In this document: in pieces, positions 1-13,000 of the stretch
How positions within the stretch are numbered: the first letter of the stretch is position 1
Layout: every line of letters starts with the position of its first letter
Origin: Sphaerodactylus townsendi
Lineage: Eukaryota
Direction of reading: 5' to 3'
DNA: 64,000 bases
Assembly: GCF_021028975.2 (NCBI RefSeq)
Contig: NC_059425.1
Span: 121,644,001 to 121,708,000 of the forward strand
Program-made: the position numbers and the translations under genes
Notes under the pieces: model-generated
What the model was told of the DNA's origin: nothing
Seen by the model: the letters and a program-made list of their open reading frames with translations, nothing else
The model's database searches: none

Positions 1-260
1 GGGAAAAGCTAGTTGGATCCAGTTCACATAATCTGGGAGCATCCACGCGATGTTGCCTTCTCATCAATTTTCCAAACACACACCCGCCGCAATGCTCAGC
101 ATTCTGTTTCTCAGATCTGGCTTACTATGATATTTTCTGGAAAAACACAGTCCAGGCATATTGGCATGTCATCTGGATGGGAAGGGGCACAATTTTAATG
201 GTCCTGCCATATTGGTACCATTTTCTTTCCATCAGCCTTTATCAGGGGCATAACTGTAAA

Positions 261-307
261 AAATGGTACCCAGGACAATCACTGAAATGGTACCCAGGAC
301 AATCACT
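261..307 (+). repeat. 24-bp-period tandem duplication AAATGGTACCCAGGACAATCACT x2
   Basis: Identical 23-mers at 261-283 and 285-307. Confidence 0.85.
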
Positions 308-831
308 CGGCTTCCTGGCCGAGCTGGATGCCTCTGCCCCAGTGTGTCCTCCATAGTGGGGCAGTGTGGGGCTTTAGTTCAGTCTCTGGAACCAGCAGAG
401 AGGAGTAGCAGCTGTGGAGAAGAAGACTTGGCCAGGAAGAGCAGAGTGACCTGCTGGTGTTCATTTTGGAGGGCTTTTCTCAAAGCCACAGCTTTTAAAA
501 CAGTGTATTTTAACAGGGGTTATCTCTTTTTCTCCTTGTAAGGCTCCTGTGAGCTAAGGCTGCTGAATCTGGAAGGTGGGGCTTAACAGGGGTTAACAGA
601 GTTCATCTCTTGTTCCTCTTTGTCCTGGGCTCCTGAGAGGTGGGGCTTTAGTTCAGTCTCTGGAACCAGAGAGGTGGGGCTTTAGTTCAGTCTCTGGAAC
701 CAGCAGCGCAATTTTAATTAATTTTTTGTTTTTTAAATTAATAAGGACATATTTGACAGATAGTATGTGCAGTTAGCTCCAGGGGGGCACTGACTAAAAG
801 CTTAATATTTAAATATCTAAACAAATCAGAT

Positions 832-1732
832 ATGAAGGCAGAAAGCCAGCAGGGGGGTGGGGGCTTTCCAGTGTTTTGCACTGAGTGTCACATGTATGAC
901 TATCTGCCACTAGGACAGAAGTCGTGGGTGTGCCCTCGCTGCAATGAGCTCCTGGCACTCAAGGAACGTGTGCGTTCTCTTGAAGCCAAGGTGGCAGACC
1001 TGGAGAAGCTGAAAGAGGCAGAGAGGGTGACAGACGAGGCTTTCAGGGACCTAACAGCCGGGTCCCTCCCAAGGTGACATCTCTTCAGATGTCATGGAGA
1101 ATGAAGGTCTTGGGGATGGAGGGTGCCAGTCTAAGGTGGGGGAAGATGCTCCCTTAGATGGGATCCCTTCCTTAGCTGGTGATCAGCTATCCTCTCGCAC
1201 TGAGGATACCCCTCGGGGAGGTGGGGGGCTCCTTGTAGTGGGTGATTCAATCATTAGAAATGTAGAGAGTTGGGCTTGTGAGAGGCGTGATGACCGCATG
1301 GTGACTTGCCTGCCTGGTGCGAAGGTTGCGGATGTCACGCTTCGTCTAGATAGGCTTTTAGACAGTGCTGGGGTGGAGTCAGCAGTTGTGGTCCACATTG
1401 GCACCAACGACATTGGGAAATGTAGCTGGGAGGTTCTGGAAGCTAAATTTAGGCTGCTAGGAAACAGGTTGAAGTCCAGGACCCCCAAGGTGGCATTCTC
1501 AGAAATGCTACCCGTTCCACGCGCAGGGCGAGCTAGGCAAGTGGAGATACAGGGTCTCAATGCGTGGATGAGAAGGTGGTGTAAGGCAGAGGGTTTCAGA
1601 TTTGTCAGGAACTGGGGAACCTTTTGGGGCAAGGCAGGCCTGTACAAACGGGACGGGCTTCATCTTAACCAAAGAGGAACCAGGCTGCTGGCGCTCAACA
1701 TTAAAAAGGTGGCAGAACAGCTTTTAAACTGA
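832..1732 (+). pseudogene. CR1 ORF1: CxxC..CxxC zinc finger/leucine zipper + SGNH esterase, one frameshift near 1060-1090
   Basis: CTECH...CPRC plus heptad Leu in ORF 832-1077; VVGDS, GTND and DGLH esterase blocks in ORF 1094-1732, which is in a different frame. Confidence 0.9.
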
Positions 1733-1761
1733 TCACTGGGGGAAAGCTGACAGGAGCTGGG

Positions 1762-4706
1762 GTGACTTCGGTTCGGAATACAGTATCTATGGGGATGCAG
1801 ACAGAGAGGGAGGTTTTTCTAAATCAACCACATACAAGCGAGGAACATAGCAATGTGCATGTGACAAGGGATAGGGTCTACAAAATACTTGAGGGTAAAG
1901 CACATAAATCCCAGGTTAAGGACAGAGACAGGGTATACAGGTGTCTCTATGCTAATAGTAGAAGCATTCGACCTAAAATGGGGGAGCTGGAGTACAGAGT
2001 TTTGAAGGAGGACTTTGATATAGTGGGCATTACAGAGACATGGTGGAATGAGGAGAACCAGGCTCTATAGGAAGGATAGGACAGGGCGCATTGGGGGTGG
2101 AGTTGCCCTTTACATCAAAGAGAGCATAGTATCACATAAAATAGACAATGCAAGGGGAGTTGGTTCCCCTACAGAATCACTGTGGATATCAACACCAGGT
2201 GTGAAGGACAGTTTAATATTAGGAATATATTATCGTTCCCCTGACCAAAGTGCACAAGAGGATTCTGAGATGGAAAAAGAAATTAGAGAGGCCAACAAAA
2301 ACAAAAATGTAGTGGTAATGGGTGATTTCAACTATCCGCATATAAACTGGAAAAATGCATGTTCAGGTCATAGTAAGGAGAGAGCATTCCTGGATATGCT
2401 AAATGACTGTGGCTTAGAGCAGATGATTGTGGAACCAACCAGGGGAGAGGTGATCCTAGATCTAATTCTATGTGGGACCCAGGACCTGGTGCAAGAAGTC
2501 AGTGTTGTTGAGCCGATAGGGAACAGCGACCACAATGCTGTCAGATTCAGTATCTCTGCATGCGAACAAGTGGCAACTACTAACGTAGTTACATTCACCT
2601 TCAGAAAGGGAAATTTCTCAAAGATGAGGGGGATAGTGCGCAGGAAGCTGAAAGGGAAAATCAAGAGAGTCAAAACTGTCCAGGATGCTTGGAGGTTATT
2701 TAAAAACACAGTAATAAAAGCTCAGCTGGAATGTGTTCCACAGGTTAGAAAAGGCAGCACCCAGTCCAAAAGAAAGCCACCATGGTTAAGAAGAGAGGTT
2801 GAGGAAATTATCAGAAAAAAGAAAATGTCTTTTAGAAAATGGAAGTCCAGTTTGACTGATGAAGAATATGAGAGGGAACACAAATGGTGGCAAAAGAGAA
2901 GCAAGTTAGCTGTAAGGGAGGCAAAAAAGGATTATGAGGAACGCATGGCTGCGAACATCAAGACAAGCAACAAACAGTTCTTCAAGTACATCAAAAGCAG
3001 GAAGCCAGCAAGGCCCGTTAGATGACAAAGGAACAAAGGGTGTGCTAAAAGATGGCAGGGAGATTGCAGAGAAGCTGAATGAATTCTTTGCATCTATCTT
3101 CACCCAAGAGGAGGTGAGGAAAATTCCTGCACCTGAACCAAGCTTCTTAGGAGGCGAATCCGAGGAACTAGCGAAGATAGTGGTAGACAAGGAAGAAGTT
3201 CTGGCAGCCATTGATAAACTAAATGTTACCAAATCCCCTGGCCCAGATTGCATTCACCCAAGAGTTCTTAAAGAGCTCAACCATGAAATTGCTGATCTTC
3301 TCACTTTAATATGCAACTTATCCCTGAAATCAGGCTCCATCCCTGAAGACTGGAAGATGGCCAATGTCACACCAATCTTTAAGAAAGGATCTAGGGGAGA
3401 CCCGGGAAATTACAGGCCAGTCAGTTTGACATCTGTTCCTGGTAAATTAGTAGAATCTATCATTAAAGATAAAATTATAAAACATGTAGAAAAGCAAGAC
3501 CTGCTGAGAAAGAGTCAGCATGGCTTTTGCAGAGGCAAATCCTGTCTTACAAACTTACTAGAGTTCTTTGAGGGTGTAAACAGGCATGTGGACAGGGGTG
3601 AACCGGTGGACATTGTCTACTTGAATTTCCAAAAGGCTTTTGACAAAGTTCCTCACCAGAGACTGTTGAGAAAACTCAGCAATGAAGGAATAAGAGGGGA
3701 AGTCCTCCTATGGATTAAAAACTGGTTGAGAAACAGGAAACAACGAGTGGGTGTAAATGGGAAGTTCTCACAATGGAGAGATGTCGGGAGTGGTGTCCCC
3801 CAAGGATCCGTATTGGGACCAGTGCTGTTTAACCTATTCATAAATGACCTGGAAGTAGGGGTGGGTAGCGTGGTGGCCAAGTTTGCAGATGATACCAAAT
3901 TATGTAGGGTGGTGAGAACCACAAAAGGATTCTTGTAAGAGCTCCAAGCGGACCTTGATAAATTAGGTGAGTGGGCTCAGAAATGGCAAATGCAGTTCAA
4001 TGTAGCAAAATGCAAAGTGATGCACATAGGGGCAAAAAATCCAAACTTCACATACACGCTACAGGGGTCAGTGCTATCAGTCACAGACCAGGAAAGGGAT
4101 TTAGGCGTCTTAGTTGATAGTTCCATGGGAATGTCAACTCAATGCATGGCAGCTGTAAAAAAAGGCAAACTCTATGCTGGGGATAATTAGGAAAGGAATT
4201 GATAATACAACTGCAAAGATTGTCATGCCCTTATATAAAGCAGTGGTGCGACCGCACTTGGAGTACTGTGTCCAGTTCTGGTCGCCGCATCTCAAAAAGG
4301 ATATTGAGGAGATAGGAAAAGTGCCGAGAAGGGCAACAAGGATGATTGAGGGACTGGAGCACCTTCCCTATGAGGAGAGGCTGCAGCGTTTGGGACTCTT
4401 TAGTTTGGAGAGGAGGCGGCTGAGGGGGGATATGATTGAAGTCTACAAAATTATGCATGGGGTAGAAAATGTTGACAGAGAGAAATTTTCTATCTTTCTC
4501 ACAATACTAGAACCAGGGGGCATCCACTGAAAATGCTGGGGGGAAGAATTAGAACTAATAAAAGGAAACACTTCTTCACACAATGTGTGATTGGTGTTTG
4601 GAATATGCTGCCACAGGAGGTGGTGATGGCCACTAATCTGGATAGCTTTAAAGGGGGCTTGGACAGCTTTATGGAGGAGAAGTCGATTTATGGCTACCAA
4701 TCTTGA
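1762..4706 (+). pseudogene. CR1 ORF2 endonuclease/reverse transcriptase, multiply frameshifted
   Basis: GITETWW, GDFNYP, SDHN (APE); NYRPVSLTS, GVPQGSVLGP, FADD (RT); C-terminal RTRGH...WN.LP, stop TGA 4704-4706. Frame breaks near 2060, 3010, 3930, 4165 and 4495. Catalytic YLD reads YLN (AAT 3624-3626). Confidence 0.93.
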
Positions 4707-4988
4707 TCCTCCTTGATCTGAGATTGCAAATGCCTTAACAGACCAGGTGATCGGGAGCAACAGCCGCAGAAGGCCATTGCATTCACATCCTACATGTGAG
4801 CTCCCAAAGGCACCTGGTGGGCCACTGCGAGTAGCAGAGAGCTGGACTAGATGGACTTTGGTCTGATCCAGCTGGCTTGTTCTTATGTTCTTAGTGTAAT
4901 CCGGGTGGAGGGGGAGCACTGAGCAGCCTTAGTTGTCACTCCCTCCACAGCAGATCTTTGTTCTAAATTCTGCAGGAAGATCAATAGT

Positions 4989-5149
4989 NNNNNNNNNNNN
5001 NNNNNNNNNNNNNNNNNNNNNNNNNNNNNNNNNNNNNNNNNNNNNNNNNNNNNNNNNNNNNNNNNNNNNNNNNNNNNNNNNNNNNNNNNNNNNNNNNNNN
5101 NNNNNNNNNNNNNNNNNNNNNNNNNNNNNNNNNNNNNNNNNNNNNNNNN
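4989..5149. other. Assembly gap (161 N)
   Basis: Run of N. Confidence 1.
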
Positions 5150-5869
5150 AAACAGCACAGATTCCCTCCCAAATACACAATAGCCTTAAAGGCAAAGGCA
5201 ATTCCATAGGAATCTTGGCTCTCTGGAAGCCACGCAAGTGTGTGTGAGAGAATGTGCAGGAGAGCAAAAGCACCCAATAAGGAGAATGCTGCATAACAAC
5301 CACAAATAACAGAACTGCCCCAGGCTGTTAAGATATTATCTACAATACTGATTTCCCCCTTTTGCAACCACTGTCTATTCTGCAATTCTTGTTTCCTAAA
5401 TTCAGACCCAAACCTCACTGGCCAGGAAAAGGAACTTTGCACATGTACACAGACGTCCGCTTTCACTTTTAGCCTTGCCTCTACAGGAGAGAACCCTGTT
5501 GGCTGGGATTCCCTGTCTGATTCTGGATAACCTCATCAAAACACATTAGTCAAGGAATTGTCAGAGATTGGATCAGAACGAGGGCTAACATGTGACTGAA
5601 CACCAGCATCCCAATCTTATTCAAATACCTTCCTCCAGACACTTAACTAATGCTCAAGTGTTTGGGTTGTTCTGGGCTGATTTTTGTGAGGCTGACGATT
5701 TTTGACTACATGTGGCTCAAACACTACAAGGTGCTCACCACTTTAATTTGCAACATCCTGTTTATACTTTGACCCTATAGAGGAGTCACCAAACATGATA
5801 GAGACCTAGAGGGCAATCCTGTATAGAGTTGCATCCTTTACCATCCCTTAAAGTCAGTGGAGTTAGATA

Positions 5870-5937
5870 GGTGTTTAGAACAGCACTGTAACCTCTCAAT
5901 TAGTCAATGGGTGTTTAGAACAGCACTGTAACCTCTC
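5870..5937 (+). repeat. 28-bp direct repeat, 40-bp period
   Basis: GGTGTTTAGAACAGCACTGTAACCTCTC at 5870-5897 and 5910-5937. Confidence 0.85.
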
Positions 5938-5975
5938 GCTTGAGCCCCTCTGCCCACGCTCACAATGCCTATGTC

Positions 5976-6072
5976 CAGTAGGTTCAGCAGGTTCGCGCCA
6001 CTTCAGCAGAACTGGTTGTAAAAATGGTGCTTGTAAACAACCAGTTGTTAAATTATTTGAATCCCACCACTG
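5976..6072 (-). mobile_element. Short non-autonomous hAT element (CAGTGGTGGGATTC-type end), same family as 28142-28276
   Basis: Ends ...GAATCCCACCACTG; 8-bp TSD CCTATGTC / CCTATGCC (7/8); body is the reverse complement of the 28142 element. Confidence 0.75.
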
Positions 6073-6590
6073 CCTATGCCACTCATGGCTGTCAATTTTC
6101 CTGCTGTACCACCAGAGGGCTTTGGGGGTCTTTTTAATAATAATTGCTATAATGTTATAACTTTTTTTAAAGCCCTCTGGTGGCATGGCCTGGGAAAATG
6201 AAGAGAAAATGGTAGCCAAATAGCGGAAAGTGTGCAGAAATCTTCAGCGTGCATGCTCTGCTGTGGCAATTAATGCAGAATGGAGAAGTCTTGCTGTGGG
6301 GATGCAGCCTGTTATTGCACACCATGGAGTCTATACCAAAGTAGAAGAAATAATTGAAATAATCAATTTCTTTAAAAAATGATAAATAATCTGTTTTATC
6401 CTGTGAATTTCAGTTATTTCGATTTCTAGTCAAGTATAAAATTTTGGACTATTGTAATAAAACAGCTTCAAATATGGCATTGTTAGCATTCTATTAAATC
6501 AGGGCATTGCAAACCGCTAAGTGGTAAATGCTTTTCTAATGCCATGCTTGCAATGTCAACAATTATGGCTGTGTTATTTGCTTTTTACAG

Positions 6591-6708
6591 AATGGGAAGA
6601 CGAAACGTAATGTGGTTTACAAGCACTGGGCAGTTTTTATTTGGTGTAGCAGTGGCCTTCACATTTGACTACTACAGTTTTGTAATTGTCCGTTTCCTCC
6701 TTGCAATG
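6591..6708 (+). CDS. SLC22A16: SLC22A16 organic cation/carnitine transporter, first coding exon in window (118 bp)
   Basis: ttttacag|A ATG GGA AGA...GCA ATG|gtaaga; (R)MGRRNVMWFTSTGQFLFGVAVAFTFDYYSFVIVRFLLAM contains the MFS R-x-G-R-R motif; phase 2-0. Earlier exons lie upstream of the window. Confidence 0.93.
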
Positions 6709-7888
6709 GTAAGAACCAAAGGTTTTTCTGTCTTTATTTGGAAAACAGAATTTCCTTATTCCTCAACTGCAGTCCCTAAACTTGTCATCCTGAAATATTT
6801 GAACTGGCTAAATAGGTTTCAGTGGAATTTCAACAGACTAAAATAAATACATTCAATAGACTAACAGTGCAATCCTTAATGGAGTTGGGATATGCAGTAT
6901 GTAACCCTGATTAGGATTGCACTGTAAATATATATTAAGTCCAGTTACCTCACTGTGTATATAAAAATCTTCACACAAACAAACTGCTACTTGTTTTATC
7001 TGTAGGTTACTGCCCATCCTTAAAATACACTCAATATATATGTCACAGTTGAATCAAGATCCCTCTGATTTCAGTTGCAGAGTTAATCAGTAGGACTTTA
7101 AACATGTAATCATGTTTAACATCATGTATACCACACTTCCATGAACACACAATGGTCTTTTCCTGCACAACAATTTTATAAGGTAGATTAGGCAGAGAGA
7201 TAAGACTGGCCATGTATCAAACCCACAGAATTTCTAAAGCAACGATCAAAACAGATTAGATGCTGCAAGACCAGGACTGGGCTAAATCTTCCAGTGATCT
7301 TTTAAAGCTCATTTCCCACTGTGTGGTATCTTCTTTCAGATTAGGGTTGCACAGGAAGAGGAGAGGAGTGAACCTTTTCACTTCTATACCATTTGTCTGG
7401 TTGCTACTGGACCCATAGTAGTGTTATAGCTCTATCGGGGAAAACAAGACCCAAGCACCCCACCCCCTGCTTTAACAGACTAATAAAAGTGTTTCAATCC
7501 TAGTTCTGATTAGAAAAACAGTACAGGGGTGAAATATTTAACAGATTGTCCTGACCTAATTGGAGATGTGTGTAGCTGTAATTTGATTCTAAGAGACTAA
7601 TGTGAATTTGTGACCCTAAGAGGATATTAAAGCTCATGCCTCCCTGGTTCTAGTCTCAACTAGGCACTTTGCCACATAAACTCTCCTATATTTATATTTT
7701 TTTACACATGTGCACACACATCCAGCACAATTTCTTCATTTTGTTTTTACATCATCACCTTGCTCCTTATTGCAGCTCTTGCAACACTAAAGATGTAGAA
7801 GCTTAGTAACGCTAATGTTTGCCTTCTATTCTTGTAATATAAGGAAGCTGGTCTGAAACCATTTCTTTTTCTCTGCTCTTCCCCTCAG

Positions 7889-8435
7889 GTCTCAAGCGGT
7901 TATCTGGTTGTGGTGTTTGTTTATGTGACTGAATATGTTGGCATAAAATATCGCACGTGGGCATCCATGCATATCCATGCATTTTTTGCTGTGGGGATTA
8001 TGGTTGTGGCCCTAGTAGGCTATTTGTCTAAGACCTGGTGGGTCTACCAGATATGCCTTTCCTTAACAACTCTCCCCTTTGTCTTGTGCTGCTGGATGCT
8101 CCCAGAGACGCCCTTCTGGCTGCTCACAGAAGGAAGAAATGAAGAAGCCCAAAAAGTAATTAATGTAATGGCCAGGTGGAATAAAGTAAGCACTCCTTGT
8201 AAAATTTCTGAACTGTTTTCCCTTGAAGGCGACCTAGTCAATAGCACAACGGGTGATAATGACCATTCTCCCATGAAGAAGCACAACATCTTAGACCTGT
8301 TCTGTAACTGGCACATTGCAAGAAGGACCATTACAGTTTGGCTGGTTTGGTTCACTGGGAGTTTAGGATATTATGTGTTCTCCCTCAGTTCCGTGAACCT
8401 TGGAGGCAATGAATATTTAAATCTTTTCCTCATAG
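7889..8435 (+). CDS. SLC22A16: SLC22A16 coding exon (547 bp)
   Basis: cccctcag|GTC...ATA G|gtaaa; VSSGYLVVVFVYVTEYVG...WMLPETPFWLL...NLGGNEYLNLFLI (SLC22 PETP.WL motif); phase 0-1. Confidence 0.95.
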
Positions 8436-10083
8436 GTAAATATTTTTATGTAATTTACTTGCAAAAGAAATACAATCATTTATTTTATAAATGTCTAGTA
8501 CTTGTTACCTTCCTGAATGACTTCCAAGATAAGCCTAAGGCTGATTATATACGGTTCTGTGCCCTGCAGGAGGGTACATCCCTTTTGGGACAGAGTTTTG
8601 ATTGCAGATGAGCTCACACGGCGCTGCAGATTCCAGAAGCCCCACGGTTCCTGAGAGCAGGCAAAGCCTAATGTTTTCTCTGGCTTCTGGGTTTCTGCTT
8701 CTTTCAGTCTTCCCCTCCCCACTTATCACAGACATTTCTAGGGAGATCCTTGGCCAGATTTTTCAAAGAAACCCAAAAAATAATAATGAGCCAATGCAAT
8801 AGTGACATAAAGAACAGCAATATAAAAATTAAAGGGATTTTTTTAAATTGCAGCTGACCAGGAACAACCTGAAAGCGGGGGCAGGCAAGCCGCACAGCAG
8901 GCAGTGGGGCACTTCCTCACATGTAAATGGAGAAATGAGAGGAGACTCCTCTGTGACTCCACTGCAGAGCGAAGAGGCTTGAGGGAAGTGCTCCCTGCAT
9001 AATGGGCCTAATTTTCCCATTCAGATAGCAGTATATCAGCTACATCAAATGCAGAGCTTCACACAGGTTTGACCATACAGTGCAGCCGTATTTCAGATAG
9101 CCTCACTCAGGGCTTTTATGCACACTTGCTCAGAAAGCTGCTCCTATAAAAAGTGTCAGGCCAGAAACCCTCCTGCACTGTGTAGGGGAATGTGAATGTG
9201 TTCTGCTGTGCACCCCCAAATCCTTCCTTCCCAGAGTGGAAAGATCTTGAGAATAAAGTGCAGGCCTTCCAATATCCCTCACAGCCCAACCCAGATAGTA
9301 GTACAGCTCTGTGGTGGCTGGAGACAGTGCAAGGGAGGCAGCATTGCACCCCCTCCACTGGTGCTCCAGGTGGTGCAGTAGGCAGCTGGAAAAACTTGCT
9401 GCCACCTAGAAAAAGTGACACCACATTTTCATGGTATAAGTTACAGTTCTGTGCTGTGGAAGCTTACTACAGTTGGCTCCACCCCCCAGGAATGCCCCTA
9501 GTCTAGCCATGCTGGCATCCTCCTTTACACCAATGCAGCTCTGGAGGAGGAAACCACGGAGCTTCATGGTGCCTGCCTGCCATATTGTTTGCCCTCCCTG
9601 ACAGTGTAAGTGGTACTTAAATCAGTAGGGTGGGTGAACGCATCTTCCATAGCCCATTCTGTGCTCCCCTCTGGATTGGACAATTAGGACAGTATCTTAA
9701 TAGAGCTGGAAGTGGGATATGGATACCAAGCACTGCTGCATAATATGATGGCAAAGAGGGAAAATAATAAGGGTAGTGCTTGTATATAGCACTTTTGCTG
9801 AGTGGTGAATGTATTTCACATTCATTATCTCTGCAATCCATACAGCAGTGAAAGGCAGATCATTATTATTACCCATACATTGCAGATGAGGAAGGCTGAG
9901 CTGGTGAATTAATGGCTGATTTGAGACTCAAACAAGGGGCTTCCTATGCATAGTCTTAGACACTGTGTGATGCCAGATCTTTTAACAAAATAGAAACATT
10001 TTATAATGAGCAGATCAAAATTATGCCAAGCATAAAAATAGCTATGCATTTAAAGATGTTTAAAGTTTTTTATCTACTGACAG

Positions 10084-10211
10084 GTGCTGTGGAAATTCCT
10101 GCATACATCATTGCTTGCATAGGAATGGACAGACTGGGAAGACGAAATACGTTGATCCCCTTCCTCATATCAAGTGCTGCGATCTGTGCACTGTTAATGT
10201 TGATACCTCAG
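10084..10211 (+). CDS. SLC22A16: SLC22A16 coding exon (128 bp)
   Basis: ctgacag|GT GCT GTG GAA...CCT CAG|gttagt; GAVEIPAYIIACIGMDRLGRRNTL...; phase 1-0. Confidence 0.95.
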
Positions 10212-10609
10212 GTTAGTGACTTGCACCTGGATCCTATAGAGAACTACACAGCACATACCGCATCTTGGTTCTACAGTGCAAAAGGCTCAACTCCACCCAG
10301 TGATGCTGCCTGTCAGATGCAATTCAATTATGACAAGTTACAAGTACACGTTGGGTTCAAATGATCATGCCATTTTAACTGACCTTGAAAGGACCAAAAT
10401 GCCCTCAGCAATGTTGTAGAAATGAATTGTCCCCACTTCCTGTCACATCACCTCTCATCTCAACCCAGTTCTGTGCCATGTAGCTGTCAAGAGAGAAGCC
10501 ATCCAGTCAGTTCCAGCTAAATGCACTGTTCTCTGATTCTCTGCACGTGTTAGCTGCCACCACCAGCACCCCAACACACACAGGTGGCTACTCATCAAGG
10601 CCATCTACT

Positions 10610-11395
10610 CAGGCAGTGATCCATGCAATGGATCTAGGCTGTGTTATTGCAACTCGCTTTACACAGGGTTACCACTGGGCCTGCTCCAAAAAGTCCAGCT
10701 GGTCCAGAATGCAGCAGTGAGGAACCTTACTGGAGCCTTGTGACAATCACAAATTCAATCTGTGCTCTGTCAGCTGCACTGGCTTCAAGTGGAGTATTGG
10801 ATCAAGTTCAAGGTCTTAGTATGGACACACAAAGCCCTAAATGGTCTGGGGCCAATGTACCTATGGGGCAGTCTCTCCTGCTACATTCCTTGATGGACTC
10901 TCCATTCACGAAGTGAAAATTTCTTTGCAGTCCCTGGCCCAAGGGAAGTCCAGCTAGCCTTGATCAGGGCTAGGACTTTCTCAGCACTGGCCCCAACCTG
11001 GTAGAACACTCTTGTCTAGTGAGAACCAGGACTCTGCGGGATTTACTGCAGTTCCGCAGGGCCTGTAAGACAAAGTTGTTCCACTGACTAGGCAGGTGGC
11101 TGAGGAGCAACAGTTACCATCTTTGCCTTCTCCCACTCCTTCCCCCCGGCTACCCCTTCTATTAGGTGAGAGGCTTTATTTTTATCCTCCCTTCCTTTTT
11201 TAGGATCTATCTGAGCTCAGTGAAATTGGCTATTTTTGCCATCTTGTATTAGGAAAGTATATAGTTTTAATATTTTAATTTATAGTAAATAGCTATAGTT
11301 TTATTTTATTTGTTATGCAATTGTATATGTATTCCCTTGTTGGAAACCACCCGAAGCCCAAAAGGGAGGGGCAGCATAAAAACTTAATAAATAAT
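10610..11395 (+). mobile_element. Degenerate L2 LINE 3' fragment
   Basis: Decayed LQLVQNAA / LHWL / FKVL coding remnants; L2 tail GAAACCACCCGAAGCCC...GGGGCAGCATAAAAACTTAATAAATAA. Confidence 0.75.
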
Positions 11396-12304
11396 TAACT
11401 CACACAGTTCAGTCGTGAATCTTGGGCGGGGGGGGGGGGCACTTACTTTCACCCTGGAAAATTCCATGGATACTGCCCAGTGATTGGCTAAGAAGGTCAG
11501 GACATTACAGCCAGTCTTTTTCTAAAAGTATAGTAGAAAGAAAAATCTTTATTCCCTTTTTACTCTTTTCTCCGTACTTCACCTTGCTGCTAGTAAGATG
11601 TTTGTGTTATGCTCTGGAATTTTTTGCTTTAAAAACCCACTGTGCTGTGTTAGGATAGCTGATGAGTTCCATTATTTTTGTACATTCCACTTCCACTGAA
11701 CTATATGCCTTGTTTTTAATAGCTTGTCTTGAATTTCTTCAATAAGGCCTTCTTATGCTTTGTGGTGTGTGTTGCTCAGGGTGTCAATAACCATTAGTTA
11801 CGTTACTGCACAAAGGCAGGCACAGCCTTGACAGTAGCTTGATGCTGCTGTGCTGTACCTGACTATGGTGATGATGAAGAAATTCTAATTCCTGGCTTGG
11901 TTGGTTGTCATTGCAATCAGCTGTAAGCTGCTTTTGGTGCTGTGGCTTAAAGGTTTGGGCCAAGTACTAGAAAAGGTGTTATGCTAACAGTCACAATAAT
12001 CCATGCACGAAGCAGGGGCAATATTAATCATTTGCAGAGAGTGATACTGTGCATGTTTAGCTGGAATGTAATAAATAAAACTGGAGCTTTTGCAGTCACA
12101 ATACTAATTTTAAGATGTTGTCCTTTCCTGATTAACTTCAGGGCTTGAATTATGAGGGCTAATAAAAGAAAACATTTATGAACTGTTAACCATGCAAGCA
12201 GATTTCTCAGTTTTAAAAATATCATGCTTAAGAACTGAATTCTGAAATATAATGAGGAATTGAGAGTGAGGAATTGCTTTATAAATTCTGCTTTCTCTTA
12301 ACAG

Positions 12305-12414
12305 GATTTCAGAATACTAAATATCATAGCAAATATGGTTGGGAAGTTTGCAATAGGTGTTGCATTTGGCCTTATTTACCTCTACACAGCAGAGCTTTAT
12401 CCAACAGTTGTAAG
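12305..12414 (+). CDS. SLC22A16: SLC22A16 coding exon (110 bp)
   Basis: ttaacag|GAT TTC...GTA AG|gtaaga; DFRILNIIANMVGKFAIGVAFGLIYLYTAELYPTVVR (ELYPT motif); phase 0-2. This frame is not in the ORF track. Confidence 0.95.
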
Positions 12415-12501
12415 GTAAGAGAACCATATTTTTACTTGCAGTCAAGGCTGTGGGAAAACACAGCAGTATGTGTTTAAAACAGTGGTCTGTTTACTGCTTA
12501 G

Positions 12502-12601
12502 GTCTCTTGCCGTTGGAAGTGGGAGCATGATGTGCCGTGTAGGAAGTGTGGTGGCACCGTTCTGTGTCTATCTGTCAAGTGTTTGGATTTTTATGCCACA
12601 G
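12502..12601 (+). CDS. SLC22A16: SLC22A16 coding exon (100 bp) after an 87-bp intron
   Basis: ctgcttag|G TCT CTT...CCA CAG|gtaagt; SLAVGSGSMMCRVGSVVAPFCVYLSSVWIFMPQ; phase 2-0. Confidence 0.95.
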
Positions 12602-12845
12602 GTAAGTATTAAATCACTAAGCCTGTCAAGCCCAACTGTGTGAGCCATAGGGTCTGGTGAAGGAACAGCCATGCCTGCTTGCTGGAGCTGTGCACTGTAC
12701 TCCTCTGGCATAGCTCTAGCTTGCAGCCTAAACTGTTCCTGTTTTATTGTAATGTATGAGCCACTGTGGCTTGTTGTAGGTAGTCCCATCTATAAGTGTT
12801 TGTTCAAATGTGCAAGTCTAGTGGGGATCTGCATATGCAGCTGCC

Positions 12846-13000
12846 TTATATCAAGTCAAATCATGGGTCCATCTAGTGCATTATTGTCTGCTGTGACTAG
12901 CAGCAGCACTCTTGGGGTCTCCAGCACCTGAAATCCTTTAATGAGTGATGCTAGAAACTGAACCTTTGACCACCAGCATACAAAAGAGCTATTGTCCCCA
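12846..13000 (-). mobile_element. Degenerate tRNA-derived SINE with CR1-type tail (Squam2-like)
   Basis: Similar to the reverse complement of the SINE at 40538-40742. Confidence 0.5.

Larger units (their letters stand above)
360..4893 (+). mobile_element. Near full-length CR1-clade LINE (disabled), upstream of the first visible SLC22A16 exon, so presumably intronic
   Basis: 5'UTR with repeated GTGGGGCTTTAGTTCAGTCTCTGGAACCAG, ORF1 (Zn finger + esterase), ORF2 (APE endonuclease + RT), CR1-type 3' end GGTCTGATCCAGC...TTCTTATGTTCTTA ending at 4893. 5' boundary approximate; no TSD found. Confidence 0.93.

Noticed and set aside
261-706. Short direct repeats with spacers, superficially CRISPR-like
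   Set aside because: Only 2-3 copies, irregular spacing, vertebrate context, no cas genes; explained by the LINE 5'UTR and local duplication.
1183-4919. Minus-strand ORFs over the CR1
   Set aside because: Antisense shadows of ORF1/ORF2.
4883-5466. ORFs containing X runs
   Set aside because: Artefacts of the 161-N gap.
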